Source: the human T2T-CHM13v2.0 reference genome, Homo sapiens
Length of the DNA stretch: 64,000 nucleotides
Assembly (NCBI RefSeq): GCF_009914755.1
Contig: NC_060931.1
Reading direction: 5' to 3' (one strand)
The notes beneath the pieces are model-generated. The model worked only from the letters and a program-made list of their open reading frames with translations. It had not been told where the DNA came from and did not search any database. Made by a program: the position numbers and the translations under genes. Below, one piece after another: positions 1 to 28,490 of the stretch (its first letter is position 1; every line of letters starts with the position of its first letter).

Positions 1-139
1 GAGCTTAGTGCCTGGTACATGGTAAACACTTAATAAAGGTTATCTCATTCCTGGTATCAGAGATGTGATCTTGGCCAAGTATTTTGGCTGAGCAATGCTC
101 TAGAGGGCTGGTCCCCTTATCTCCAGGCTTCCCTTTCTA

Positions 140-567
<428 letters not shown>

Positions 568-571
568 TTAA

Positions 572-661
<90 letters not shown>

Positions 662-1009
662 TGAGACCATCCTGGCTAACACGGTGAAACCCCGTCTCTA
701 CTAAAAAATACAAAAAAATTAGCCGGTCATGATGGCGGGCGCCTGTAGTCCCAGCTACTCCGAGGCTGAGGCAGGAGAATGGAGTGAACCCGGGAGGCGA
801 AGCTTGCAGTGAGCCGAGATCGCGCCACCGCACTCTAGCCACTGCACTGCAGCCTGGGCGACAAAGCTAGACTCCATCTCAAAAAAAAAAAACAAAAAGC
901 AAAAAAAAAAAAAAAAAAACCCCTTTGCATTGTGCTTTTCACACTGCAGTGAATACATAATGAGTAACAAAATATGTCTGGAATATCCTAGCTTTTTTTT
1001 TAATGCGTC

Positions 1010-1750
<741 letters not shown>

Positions 1751-1763
1751 CAAATAAAGGCTA

Positions 1764-1885
1764 CCACACAGGTAGTAACCTTTAGAGACACAATAGGTGG
1801 TAAATGTTTCTTTCAGACTTTTCAAGTTGTCAGACTCTCAGTTAATCTCTCTCAGGTCTGGGGAAGGGAGAGCCCGAAAGAAGGC
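1764..1885 (-). mobile_element. MER39/MER34-class LTR fragment
   Basis: Reverse complement aligns to 3443-3564 at ~82% by manual count. Confidence 0.65.
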
Positions 1886-1937
1886 TCTTGTAAATAGAGC
1901 CTTCTATTTTAAGGCTGAGAAATAAGGAATATCCTAG

Positions 1938-2225
<288 letters not shown>

Positions 2226-2678
2226 TGAGCCACCACGCCCTGCCTGGATTACTTCTAAAACTATGAAAAGTAAAGTGTAGTTAATTTTTAATTTTGTTTA
2301 GGGATGAGGTCTCACTATATTGGCCAGGCTGGTCTCCAGCACCTGGGCTCAAGTGATGCTCCTGTCTTGGCCTCCCTAAGTGCTGGGATTATAGGCATAA
2401 ACTACCATGCCGGGCCTCAGAGTGTATTTAATTATTTTTCCCCATAAGGCCTACTGTCCACTCAGATGCAACATATTAAACTCTGAGTTTCCATAGGCAG
2501 TTTTTCATAAGCCCTTAAGTTCGACTTTTCTGTAGTCTCTACGTTGAAAGTGAAAATCAGCCTATTAATCATCAGACCCCGATGTGCCCAACACAGGCAA
2601 ACAAGGAAGGTGGCAAAAACAACAGAAAAGAATGCATCTCCTAAGGCCACACCACAGCAAGATAACTAACAATCCCCT

Positions 2679-3803
<1,125 letters not shown>

Positions 3804-4265
3804 AGGGTTTTTGTTTGTTTCTTTGTTTGTTTTGTTTGTTTTGAGACAGGGTCTTGCTCTGTTGTGTAGGATTAAGTGCAGTGGTGCAATCTCAGCTCAC
3901 TGCAATCCCCACCTCTTGGGCTCATGCGATCCTCCTTCCTCAGTCTTCCATGTAGCTGAGACCACAGGCACACACCCTTACGTCCAGCCAATTATTGTAT
4001 TTTTGGTAGAGACAGGGTTTCGCCATGATGTCCTAGCTGGTCTCGAACTCCTGGGCTCAAGCAATCCTCTTGTCTTGGCCTCCCAAAGTGCTAGGATTAC
4101 AGGCTCTTGGAGGACTGGGATCTTTGCAGAGATGTATCCCAAGTACCTAGAATAGTGTCTGGCATATAGTAGGTGCTCAATCTCTGATGTTATCAAAATT
4201 ACCCAGCAATACTATGCCTTGGCTCACCATCCATACCAAACAAAAATAACAACATGTTGTATTAA

Positions 4266-4797
<532 letters not shown>

Positions 4798-5007
4798 TAG
4801 CCTTGAGCCACCATGCCTGGCCCAGGTTCTTAATTGTAGGCAGAGTAAAGGCTTGGTGTGACGTGAGGGTACCCAGAACTTTCTCCAATTACTAATGCCT
4901 TCTCAGATGCCAGAGTCCAGAGGGGGGTGCCTGTATGCTGGGAAGGACTCCAGTAGGAGCAGAAGATCTTTGCCTCATCCATCTCTACTGACTGGGGTTA
5001 AGGCCAG

Positions 5008-5525
5008 TGAAGGAACACAGGAAACTTCACCCCAAAATGTGACTCCCTGGTATAATGAGTGTTTTGAATAAAATGCCCTAGAGATCAACAGGGTTAGAAG
5101 AGGCTTCCTCAATCTACATAAAGACCCAAGGACCCTCCAAGAACAATTGTTCTTCCTCCCCCTGTCTATTATCTTATGATCTTTTGCAGGAAGGAAGACC
5201 AAGAATGTAATCACATCAGAACAAATTCTTTTACAAGACAATGTGTGTCTTTCAGGCTCATTCAGTTTCCAAAGAGAACCATTTACAAGTTAGTCTCTGT
5301 TCCCTTATCCGTTCATTCTGCCTTGTAATCATTTATTGCCCCTTAACAGAACTACTGTTTTTCTGATCTCTCCCTCCCCTCTGAAATAAGGCTATACAAC
5401 TATCTGGGCCCCACTGGGATATTGGGTAATTACTGTGTCATTCGCCCCACCCATACCCCGTGCATGTTAATAAATGTGTGTGCCTTTTCTCTATTAATCT
5501 GCCTTTGTCAGTTGATTTTTCAGCA
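5008..5525 (+). mobile_element. MER34/MER39-class ERV1 LTR
   Basis: tgaaggaacacaggaaacttcaccccaaaat start; aataaatgtgtgtgcctttt...ttaatctgcctttgtcagttgattttt end. Confidence 0.6.
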
Positions 5526-5885
5526 GGGACACTTGGTAGAGAAAGGAGGAATAACGAGGCGGTGGTGGGTATCTGCTTCACAACTTTGCATGAAACTATA
5601 GTCATTTTCAGAGTGTGGTGATCATACTTAGAACAAAAGTTGCATGGCTTGGCAAGGAGTGTTCAATAGAACTAGTCAGGATAACAGAAAAGTTAAAATC
5701 ATGACTGTGCAGGAAATCTGAGCTATATAGGAGTCACATGGGCACTTTTGTTCCTGCACATAGTGGCTGTGTGGCATTGGGCAAATTACCACCTCAGTTT
5801 CCTTGTTGATGAAATAAAGCCAAAACACACCGGGCGTGGTGGCTCACGCCTGAAATCCCAGCCCTTTGGGAAGCCTAGCCAGTCG

Positions 5886-7018
<1,133 letters not shown>

Positions 7019-7520
7019 GTTGGATCACTTGAGGTCAGGAGTTCAAGATCAGTCTGGCCAACATGGTGAAACCCTGTCTCTACCAAAAATACAAAAATGA
7101 GCCAGACATGGTGGTGTGTGTCTGTAGTCCCAGCTACTCAGGAGGCTGAGGCAGGAGAATCACTTGAACCTGGGAGGCAGAAGTTGCAGTGAGGCAAGAT
7201 AACGCCACTGCACTCCAGCCTGAAGGACAGAGCAAGACTCCATCTCACACACACAAAAAAGAAAAGAAATAAAGCCAAAAGCAAAAAACAAACAAACAAA
7301 CAAAAAGCCACACACAAAAAAACCTTCCTTGTAAATATTAAAGGAGTTAATGGATGCAAAACTCAAAGGACATTCACTTCATTCAATAACTGCTAGATAT
7401 AGGCTGGGCGCGGTGGCTCATGCCTATAATCCCAGCACTTTGGGAGGCCAAGGCGGGCAGATCACAAGGTCAGGAGATCGAGACCATCCTGGCTAACATG
7501 GTGAAACCCTGTCTCTACTA

Positions 7521-7696
<176 letters not shown>

Positions 7697-7751
7697 CTAT
7701 TAGATATGTGTTTGCTATTGTTTTAATTGCTGTTGTTACATGACATTAGAA

Positions 7752-8189
<438 letters not shown>

Positions 8190-8381
8190 CTACTAAAAAT
8201 ACAAAAAAATTTAGCTGGTCATGGTGGTGATGCATGCTGTAATCCCAGCTACTCAGGAGGCTGAGGCACCAGAATCACTTGAACCCTGGAGGCAGAGGTT
8301 GCAGTGAGCCAAGATCACGCCACTGCACTCCAGCCTAGGCCACACAGCAAGACTCCGTCTCAAAAAAAAAAATACACGTAG

Positions 8382-9210
<829 letters not shown>

Positions 9211-9551
9211 TAAGAACCACACTTGATTTTCAAAGGCCTTACATCTACATTATCTAGTTTGGGTCCCACAATGGCCTTTAGAAGTAGGAGAAGTACAGAG
9301 TACTTTGCCATTTTAAGGCCCGGAAAATGAGGTTGTCGAGTCATGCACAAATGTTGCCTGTAATCACATAGCCCATAAGTGAGCTTGGAGCTTGAGGAAT
9401 TTAAACTTCTGCTTTATTGCTTCCCTGAGCTGGTGCTGGAGGTTAGGCCTTGCCCTAAAGGAGTTTTTCCTTTGAAAGAAAAGGCCACGGCCGGGCGCAG
9501 TGGCTCACGCCTGTAATCCCAGCACTTTGGGAGGCCAAGGCGGGCGTATCA

Positions 9552-9821
<270 letters not shown>

Positions 9822-10150
9822 TTAAGTGCTGCAAAGTTAAAGGATAAGAGATTTGTCTGGCATCTTCCCAAGCCAGCGTGGAATATTTTATTGTCAGCAG
9901 ATGTAGTTTGTACTATGTTACACAAGTTTTGACAACCTTAATCTGGAAACTGTAGTCTACACAATAAACATAATGTTGATCTATGTGTTATTTTCTTTCC
10001 AAAGGGAGTTTAATTAATGATTTGTTCCCTGTAAAAACAGTCTATATTCTCTTATAGACCAGTGGTTCCCTGCCTTTTAAATCCTCCTCAATCAATGCTC
10101 CTGACTGGGCCTCCCTTTGTAATCCCATAATGCTAAGATTGCAGGTGTGA

Positions 10151-10387
<237 letters not shown>

Positions 10388-10582
10388 TAATAGAGACGGG
10401 GTTTCACCGTGTTAGTCAGGACAGTCTCAATCTCCTGACCTCATGATCTGCCCGCCTCGTCCTCCCAAAGTGCTGGGATTACAGGCGTGAGCCACCGTGC
10501 CCGGCCTATTTTATTTTTATTTTTAGAGATGGAGACTTGCTCTGTCACCCAGGCTGGAGTGCAGTGGTATGATCTCAGCTAA

Positions 10583-11005
<423 letters not shown>

Positions 11006-11175
11006 TGAAATTTCAGTAGAGACAGGATTTCACCATGTTGGCCAGGCTGGTCTCCAACTCCTGACCTCAAATGATCCGCCCACCTCAGCTTCCCAAAGTG
11101 CTGGGATTACAGGCATGAGCCACCACGCCTGGCCGAGTTATTTTTAATATTAAATACTGTGTTAATTTTTGGTAC

Positions 11176-11178
<3 letters not shown>

Positions 11179-11236
<58 letters not shown>

Positions 11237-11241
11237 TTTTT
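11179..11241. repeat. Compound (TA)n-(T)n microsatellite
   Basis: About 20 TA units followed by about 23 T. Confidence 0.95.
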
Positions 11242-11634
11242 AATAAGCAATCCAGTTTGGCCAGGTGCAGTGGCTCATGCCTGTACTTCCAGCACTTTGG
11301 GAGGCTGAGGTGGGAAGATCGCTTGAAGCCAGGAGCTCAAGACCAGCCTGGGCAATATAGCAAGACTCCATTTCTAGAAAAAAATTAGAAAATTAACTGG
11401 AACCAGGAGAGGTGTCTTATGCCTTGTAATCCCAGCACTTTGGGAGGCCAAGGTGGGATGATTGCTTGAGGCCAGGGGTTCAAGACCAGCCTGGGAAACA
11501 TGGCAAAACCCTGTCTCATTCCTTCAATCCTAGCACTTTGGGAGGCTGAAGCGGGTGGGTCACTTGAGGTCAGTTCAAGACCAGCCTGGCCAACATAGTG
11601 AAACCCCCGTCTCTACCAAAAATACAAAAATGAG

Positions 11635-12572
<938 letters not shown>

Positions 12573-12780
12573 TCAAGTAAACAAATGAATGAGTCCAGGT
12601 GCAGTGGCTCACGCCTCTAATTCCAGTACCTTGGCAGGCTCATTTGAGGCCAGGTGTTCACAATCAGCCTGGACAAAATAGCAAGACTCCATCTCTATGA
12701 AATAAAAAATAAAAAGCCACCGGGCATGGTGGCTCATGCCTGTAATCCCAGCACTTTGGGAGGCCGAGGCGGGCAGATCA

Positions 12781-13144
<364 letters not shown>

Positions 13145-13583
13145 TTAGGAAAAGAACAGGAAAACTTAGAGCAGTTCCTCCCTAGAAATGGCAAGATATC
13201 TCAGCTCTCCCACCCCAGCCCTCACCCCTGGAGGGGATTATGCTGACCAAATAGTTTATGCTGCTGGAGGGCTCTCTTTAGGGAGGGGCAAAAATGCCAA
13301 TAAGGTTATCTTCCTCTGTTCTGTACCCTGCTACCAAATCTGATCTGAAATCAGCCCATAGGTGTCCTAAAGTATGGAAATGTGCTAGGGCCACCTGCCG
13401 GTGGGAAAAAGATAAATTAGATTTCAGAAAAGGGCTGATAGTAAGCATTTAAAATACAATACCTTCCAGCGCAGTGGCTCATGCCTGTAATCCCAGCACT
13501 TTGGGAGGCCGAAGCAGGCGAATCACCTGAGGTCGGGGGTTCAAGACCAGCCTGACCAACATGGAGAAACCCCGTCTCTACTA

Positions 13584-13742
<159 letters not shown>

Positions 13743-14209
13743 CTAAAAAAGTAAATAAAATAAAATACCAAGAAGCTATATTTAGAAAACTCTTACATGC
13801 TTGAACCTTTACTTCCTTGACTTTTTTGTTTTGTTTTTGGTTTAAAATCCATTTACAGGCCGGGAGTAATGGCTCATGCCTGTAATCCCAGCCCTTTGGG
13901 AGGCCGAGGTGGACAAATCATTTGAGGTCAGGAGTTCAAGACCAGCCTAGCCAACATGGAAAACCCCATCTCTATTAAAAATACAAAAATTAGCCGGGTG
14001 TGGTGGTGTGCCTGTAATCCCAGCTACTGGAGAGGCTGAGGCAGGAGAATCCCTTGAACCTGAGAGGCAGAGATCACAGCACTGCACTCCAGCCTGGGCA
14101 ATAGAGTGACACTCAGTCTCAAAAAAAAAAAAACCGGGTGCAGTGTCTCATCCCAGCACATTGGGAGGCCAAGGCAGGTAGATCGCCTGACTTCAGGAGT
14201 TTGAGATTA

Positions 14210-14506
<297 letters not shown>

Positions 14507-15334
14507 TCACGCCTGTAATCCCAGCACTTTGGGAGGCCAAGGCAGGCGGATCACAAGGTCAGGAGATCGAGACCATCCTGGCTAACACGGTAAAACCCCA
14601 TCTCTACTAAAAATATAAAAAATTAGCTGAGCGTGGTGGTGGGCGCCTGTCTACTTGGGAGGCTGAGGCAGGAGAACGGCATGAACCTGTGAGGCGGAGC
14701 TTGCACTGAGCTGAGATCACACCACTGCACTCCAGCCTGGGGGACAGAGAGAGACTCCGTCTCAAAAAAGAAAAAAAAAAGTTATAAATGGAGGCCGGGC
14801 GCGGTGGCTCACCCCTGTAATCCCAGCACTTTGGGAGGCAGAGTGGGCAGATCGCATGAGGTCAGGAGTTCAAGACCAGCCTGACCAACATGGAGAAACC
14901 CTGTCTCTACTAAAAAATATAAAATTAGCTGGGCATAGGGGTGCATGCCTGTAATCCCAGCTACTTGGGAGGCTGAGGCAGGAGAATCGCTTGAACCCAG
15001 AGGCGGAGGTTGTGGCTAGCCGAGATTGCGCCATTGCACTCCAGCCTGGGCAACAAGAGCGAAACTCTGTCTCAAAAAAAAAAAGAAGTTATAAATGGAA
15101 CTACGTGTATTCACGTGCACGAGTTTGCACTGCAGTTTGATAGAAAGCCTGACTGCATTGTGTGGTAAGCTTGTGTGAGTGATGTGTGTGCTCTTTGAAC
15201 TAATGCTGCTTCAGCTCTCCTCTGCCATAGCGGAACCCAGCCTTCCAGGAAAGAAAAGCCAGGAAGGGCAGCCTAATCTCTGCAAAAACTAGGAAGTGAA
15301 TGCTGAGAATGAATTGACGAACTTCCTAGGCTTA

Positions 15335-15547
<213 letters not shown>

Positions 15548-15659
15548 TCAGGAGGCTGAGGCAGGAGAATCACTTGAACCCAGGAGGCGGAGGTTGCAGT
15601 GAGTCAAGATTGCACCATTGCACTCCAGCCTGGACGACAGAGCAAGACTCCATCTCAAA

Positions 15660-15690
<31 letters not shown>

Positions 15691-16018
15691 GAAAATGTCT
15701 CTTCCAGGTGCAGCCTAAATGAGCCACAGTCTTAGGGGATAATAGCATCAGCGGATTCCTTCATTCCTTCATTCAGGTACGGTGGTCAGGGAAGGCCCTT
15801 CTAAGACAATATTTGAAAGTAGTCCTAAAGGATTGGAAAGAATGAGCCATGTGAAGACATGAGGGAAGAGCGCACAGGCCAGAGGGAACAGCAGGTATGG
15901 CCCGGAGGCTGGGCCCTGCTTGGTGTGATCCAGGACCTGCTGACGCCACTGTGGCTGGACCCAGGGAGCCAGGCCAAGGTTGGTCAGAGATAAGGCCGAC
16001 TGGAGAGCGAAGGGGAGA

Positions 16019-18293
<2,275 letters not shown>

Positions 18294-19750
18294 GAGACAC
18301 AGTGAGAGCTAGTGTTCCTGCTGAGCAGATTCCTCCTCCCCAGTTCACAGCGCACTTTAGTGTATCTTTGGGTGGTACTCTACCAGCCATGCAGAAATTA
18401 TCAGACCCAGTGAGACTGCAGCAGACTCAGGCGGCCAGGATGAGAGTGTCCTGAGCGGTGGGGTAGAGGGAGAACAGATTCCTTTTCCACACTTGGATAA
18501 TCCCAGGTGCATAGTGTCTCTTTGGCTTCATGGCTGCTGCTGGTCCTGGCCTCAAATTTGTCTGGGGGCTTCAGTCTGAGGGACTGCAGCAGTGCATTCT
18601 GGATTCGGTAGTTAGCTAACATAGAGCTCAGTGTTGTGTGCCTACTGTCCAAAAAATAAAATTGCATGTGTATTGATGGCTGAAACCTGTTGATAAAAAG
18701 AGCCAAACTCTAGGGGTTGGGCTCAGCTGCTCACGTCTGTAACTGAGCACTTTGGGAAGCTGAGGAGGGAGGATCACTTGAGCCCAGGAGTTCAAGACCA
18801 GCCTGGGCAACATTGTAAAAATTAAAAAAAATTAGCTGGGTGTGGTGGCACGTGCTCATAGTGCCAGTTCTTGCTCTTTGTTTTTTCATTAAAAAAAAAA
18901 AATCTTAGGCCTGGCGCAGTGGCTCACGCCTGTAATCCCAACACTTTGGGAGGCCAAGGAGGGCAGGTCACGAGGTCAGGAGATCAAGACCATCCTGGCT
19001 AACATGGTGAAAACCTGTCTCTACTAAAAATACAAAAAAATTAGCCGGGCGTGGTGGCGGGCACCTGTAGTCCCAGCTACCCAGCTACTCAGGAAGCTAA
19101 GGCAGCAGAATGGCGTGAACCCCGGGAGGCAGAGTTTGTAGTGAGCCAAGATCGCACCACTGCACTCCAGCCTGGGCAACAGAGCGAGACCCCCTTTTTT
19201 TTTTTTTTTGGTGCAATCTCAGCTCACTGAAACCTCTATTTCCATGGCTCAAGCAATCCTCCCACTTGAGCCTCCTGAGTAGCTGGGACCACAGGCATGC
19301 TCCACCACACCTGGCTAAAGTCCCAGCAACTTGGGAAGCTGAGGCAGGAGGATCCCTTGAGCCCAGGAGTTCAAGACCAGCCTGGGAAACATAGCAAGAC
19401 CCTGTCTATTGATTTATTTATTTGCTTTTTAAAAAAATTATTTATTTATTCATTTTTGAGATGGAGTTTTGCTCTTGTCACCCACGCTATAGTGCAATTG
19501 TGCAATCTTGGCTCACTGCAACCTCTGCCTCCCGGGTTGAAGTGATTCTCCTGCCTCAGCCTCCCGAGTAGCTGGGATTACAAGTGACTGCCACCATGCC
19601 TAGCTAATTTTTTGTATTTGTAGTAGGGATGGGGTTTCACCATGTTGGTCAGGCTGGTCTTGAACTCTTAACCTCAGGTGATCCACGTGCCTCGGCCTCC
19701 CAAAGTGCTGAGATTACAGGTGTGAGCCACCACGCCTGGCCAATTTTTAA

Positions 19751-20246
<496 letters not shown>

Positions 20247-20302
20247 TAAATATGCCAGGCACAGAGCAAAGTGGCCAACTTTGAGATAGATCTCATGAGT
20301 AA

Positions 20303-20797
<495 letters not shown>

Positions 20798-20855
20798 TAA
20801 TTTTTTTGTATTTAGTAGAGACAGGGTTTCACCACATTGACCAGGCTGATCTTGA

Positions 20856-21378
<523 letters not shown>

Positions 21379-21487
21379 TAAAGTGTTGTGATTAGAGACT
21401 TGAGCCACCACGTCCAGCTTCTGATTAATTTTAAAGTTAAAATTAAAATCCTTAACATGATCTACAGAGCCTTACGAAATTTGACCC

Positions 21488-21745
21488 TGTTATGGGCTAA
21501 ATTGTATCCCGCACCCCTAAATTCATGTGGAGTCCTAACCCCCTTTACCTCAGAATGTAACTGTATTTGGAGACAGGGTCTTTAAAGAGGTAATTGAATT
21601 AAAATGAGCTCATTAAGATGGGCCATAATCCAACATGATTCCTTAGAAGAAGAAGAGATTAGGACATAGACACCCATAAAGACCCATAAAGGGATGGCCT
21701 TGTGAGGACACAGAAGACTCCTCTGCAAGCCAAGGAGAGAGATGT
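21488..21745 (+). mobile_element. MaLR LTR (MLT1B-like)
   Basis: tgttatgggctaaattgtatccc...cctcagaatgtaactgtatttggagacagggtctttaaagaggtaatt. Confidence 0.75.
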
Positions 21746-21767
21746 TAGGGGACACTTTCCCTGCCAA

Positions 21768-22028
<261 letters not shown>

Positions 22029-22853
22029 TAGTAGAGATGGGGTTTCACCATGTTGGCCAGGTTGGTCTTGAACTCTTGACCTCAGGTGATCCGCCCACCT
22101 CAACTTCCCAAAGTGCTGAGATTACAGGCATGAGCCACCGCACCTGGCCCGACCTGTGCATTTATTGTTGGAGCATAAAGGCCTAGGCAGCCAGGGCAGC
22201 TTGCAGCCAGCTGGTGGCTGGACTTAGTCCTGCAGGCCATGGGGAGCCCCTGGGTGGTTTCAGGCAGAGGACTGGCATGGTCAGATTACATTCTAGCTGT
22301 GGAAGAAAGGCAGCTCTGGGCCCTGCAGCTGCCGGTTTTGCTGGTGTTATCTACCCTTCTAACTGGGATGTTTCCAAGTTCTACTCAAGGTTTCTACACA
22401 CAAGCTGTTCTGAAAAACAAATCAACCCTGTTAATTGAGTCAAGTAAACAAGTCCTGACCATTTATCGGAGACCTTAGCGCCTGCCTTGCAGTCTGTCTA
22501 TGCCAAGCCATATCAAAATTCTGGACAGCTTTAAAATCCACATGTGGGCTGGGTGCGGTGGCTCATACCTGTAATTCCAACACTTTATGAGGCCGAGGTG
22601 GGAGAATCGTTTGAGCCCAGCAGTTCGAGACCAGCCAGGGCAACATAGTGAGACTTGGTCTCTACAAAAAACAAAAAATTAGGCCGGGCGGGGTGGCTCA
22701 CGCCTGTAATCCAAGCACTTTGGGAGGCTGAGGTGGGTGGATCACCTGAGGTCAGGAGTTCTAGACCAGCCTGGCCAACATGGTAAAACCCCGTCTCTAC
22801 TAAAAATGCAAAAATTAACCGGGCCTGGTGGCGCGTGCCTGTAATCCCAGCTA

Positions 22854-22967
<114 letters not shown>

Positions 22968-23283
22968 TCAAAAAAAAAAAAAAAATTAGCCAGTCTGGTG
23001 GCGCACACTTGTAGTCCCAGCTACTTGGGAGGCTGAAATGGGAGGATCACCTGAGCCCAGGAGGTTGACACTGGAGGAAACTATGAGCTCACCAATACAC
23101 TCCATGCGTGACAGTGAGACCCTGTCTCAAAATAAAATAAGAAAAATATGTCAAATTAATATAGACAAAAAGTAGAATGGTGGTTGCCAGGAGTTGGAAA
23201 AAGGGGGAATGGGGGTTGTTTAATGGGTATAGAATTTTGGAAGATAAAAAAAATTCTGGAGATGGATGATGGTAATTGTTGTA

Positions 23284-23691
<408 letters not shown>

Positions 23692-23877
23692 TACAATACT
23701 TAATGCCACTGAACTGTTTACTTTAAATTGATTAAATGGTAAATGTTACATTACATATATTTTACCACATTTAAAAAAAAGATGTATAGTGTAAGCCGGG
23801 CCCAGTGGCGCATCTCTATAGTCCCAGCTATTTTCCAGACTGGACAACATAATTAAAAAAAAAAAAAAAAAAGGACG

Positions 23878-25231
<1,354 letters not shown>

Positions 25232-25870
25232 TCAAAAAAAAAAAAAAAAATCTTCCCCACTAGGTGGGATGTCTCCTGAGGACAAGGAATGGGTCATTTT
25301 TCTTGTGCCATTGCTTGCTGGAGTCTCCGGCCCATAGACGATACTAAAGGAACATGTGTTGAGTGGAATCTCAATGGATAATTCTTTTAGGGGTGGACTG
25401 TGATCTGGGGAGGGGTGGAAGGACTCAGGCCTGTGAAGCATGGTGTCTTGATTCATGGTCTATGCTAAATGTGTTTACATAGACATGTGTCTATGTGAAA
25501 TGCTGCCTCACTGGCCACAGCCTCTACTGGGGAAATCCTCATGGCTAAAATGAGGCCTGGGATGCTTGGTTTGAGGTGGGACCCGTGTGAGGTGGGCAAG
25601 TTGGAAGGCCGTCAGAGCTAGGAAAGGGTAGCGGTGACATTGGCTCCTCGAGAAAGCAGCAGGGGCCTGTGGGAAGAGGTGTCTGTCCAGAGGTCCCGGG
25701 AATCCAGGAGTGTCTGTGCTGTGGAGGATTGAGGAGGGTGAGCCTCAAAAGCCCAGCCAATGCGTTGCCATTTGAACCTCTCTTTGCCCGAAAAATCAAA
25801 TTTGAGGAGGAATCCAGCTCAGGATATTCTTTGTAAAATCAGAGAACAGAGGAGGGGAGTCGTAAGAGTC

Positions 25871-26563
<693 letters not shown>

Positions 26564-27073
26564 GGGTGGGAGAGGAGAGACGGGTACCCATTGTGCCCCC
26601 AAATGCATCACAGGGTGGAAAGACTGGTCCTTTAAAGATTCTGGGGGTTAGCAGGTGTCTTGGATTGGTGAGAGTAAATAGGCTAGAGTGATCACCTCCA
26701 AACCCCTGGCCAGTCACAGAGGGCACCCTCAACCCCATTATCTTCTTTTTTTTTAAGTATAGATGGGGGTCTTGCTATGTTGCCAAGGCTGGTGTCAAAC
26801 TCCTGGCCCCTCAAATGATCCTCTGGCCGCCTTGACCTCCCAAAGTGCTGGGATTATGTTATGTGTATTTTAACACAATTAAACATGTAACGGCTATGTA
26901 AATGGCTTTAAAGGGCATTTGGAATAGGTAAGGCTCACACAGAGCTCACACAGATGTGAGCCTGTTCTGCGTAAAGCCTGTAGGAGACAGAACTGCATCA
27001 GGAGCCTGGGCTGCTTGTCAGGAAGGCAGGCATCCCTGTGGAGAGAGGCCACAGACTGCAGTGCAGTCAGCTA

Positions 27074-27153
27074 CCAAATAAGGAGGCACCCGAGCTATAA
27101 ATAGCTGTTAAGACAAGCTGAAGCATGCCCTGACTTTAAGGTCAGCTCAGCTG
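27074..27153 (+). promoter_or_regulatory. Candidate SRF/MEF2/bHLH muscle-type enhancer or promoter
   Basis: CArG CCAAATAAGG 27074-27083; MEF2/TATA CTATAAATAG 27095-27104; AAGGTCA 27138-27144; E-box CAGCTG 27148-27153. Confidence 0.5.
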
Positions 27154-27475
27154 TTAGCTGCCTGGCAGACATGGGGGCAACAGCTAACTCTCGTCTCCTC
27201 CCTCCTCAGGCACCCCCTTGTTTTGCACAGGGCTCCACCTCCCCCCTGTCTCCTGAATCTGACAATGTCAACATCAGCTGAAGGCCCTGGACCAGGCTTC
27301 CAGGTCACCCATCCTGGGTATAGCCACAGGTGTGCCAGGTGTCAGACAAGGCTGGAGACAGGAGGGATCTTTTCTGTTGTACAGATGGGGGAACAGGAGG
27401 CCGGTAGGAGAGGAGTCATGTTCCAAGTTCCACAGTAAACAGGTGGCAGTGCTGATGCAGCTGCTCCATGCCTCA

Positions 27476-27991
<516 letters not shown>

Positions 27992-28026
27992 TTATGGCTT
28001 TTTCTAAGCAATGCGCACAGTTCAAA

Positions 28027-28490
28027 TGAAAGGGGATCAGGTTGTGCCACCCCCAAGAGATGCACTTTGGCATAGGATTATTTTCAGCTGAAAGCAATTG
28101 AGGATCAACAGATACAAGAAGGTTCTCTGCCCTTCTCTTAGCCAACTAAGAACAGAGCAGAAATTTCCCTCAGTGAAGGTGGCGTGAATTTCCCTTGTGA
28201 AGGCAACTCCCTTCTTGTACCAGAAAGAGGAGAGCCGCTCTTATCACCAGAGACAGAGAGCTGGCAGCAGGGTGAGTCTGCATAAACAAGCCTGACGAAA
28301 ATAACCCTTGTCTGCCGTTAGTTTCTCCTGTATTCCTAGTCGCTTTCCCACAAGTAATCAATCAACCCTTGAAGCCCAAACCCCTTTCTTTTGTTAAAAT
28401 GGTATATAAGCCCCAGATTCTAAGAGACCTTCTTTGAGTTTCAATTTTCTATGAACTCCTGTGCACATAAATATTAATTAAAAATTTATG
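28027..28490 (+). mobile_element. MER34-class ERV1 LTR
   Basis: tgaaaggggatcaggttgtgccacccccaa...ctttggcataggattattttcagctgaaagcaattgag; internal TATA-like gtatataag. Confidence 0.65.

Noticed and set aside
822-856. Extra bases in an AluY right arm suggesting a young AluYb8
   Set aside because: It is a local ~14-bp duplication (gccaccgcactcta/gccactgcactgca), not the Yb8 diagnostic insertion, and the element is diverged
23795-23872. Possible 7SL or other small RNA gene
   Set aside because: Short, internally deleted Alu/FAM-like remnant with an A tail; no 7SL S-domain. No tRNA, snRNA or Y RNA recognised elsewhere
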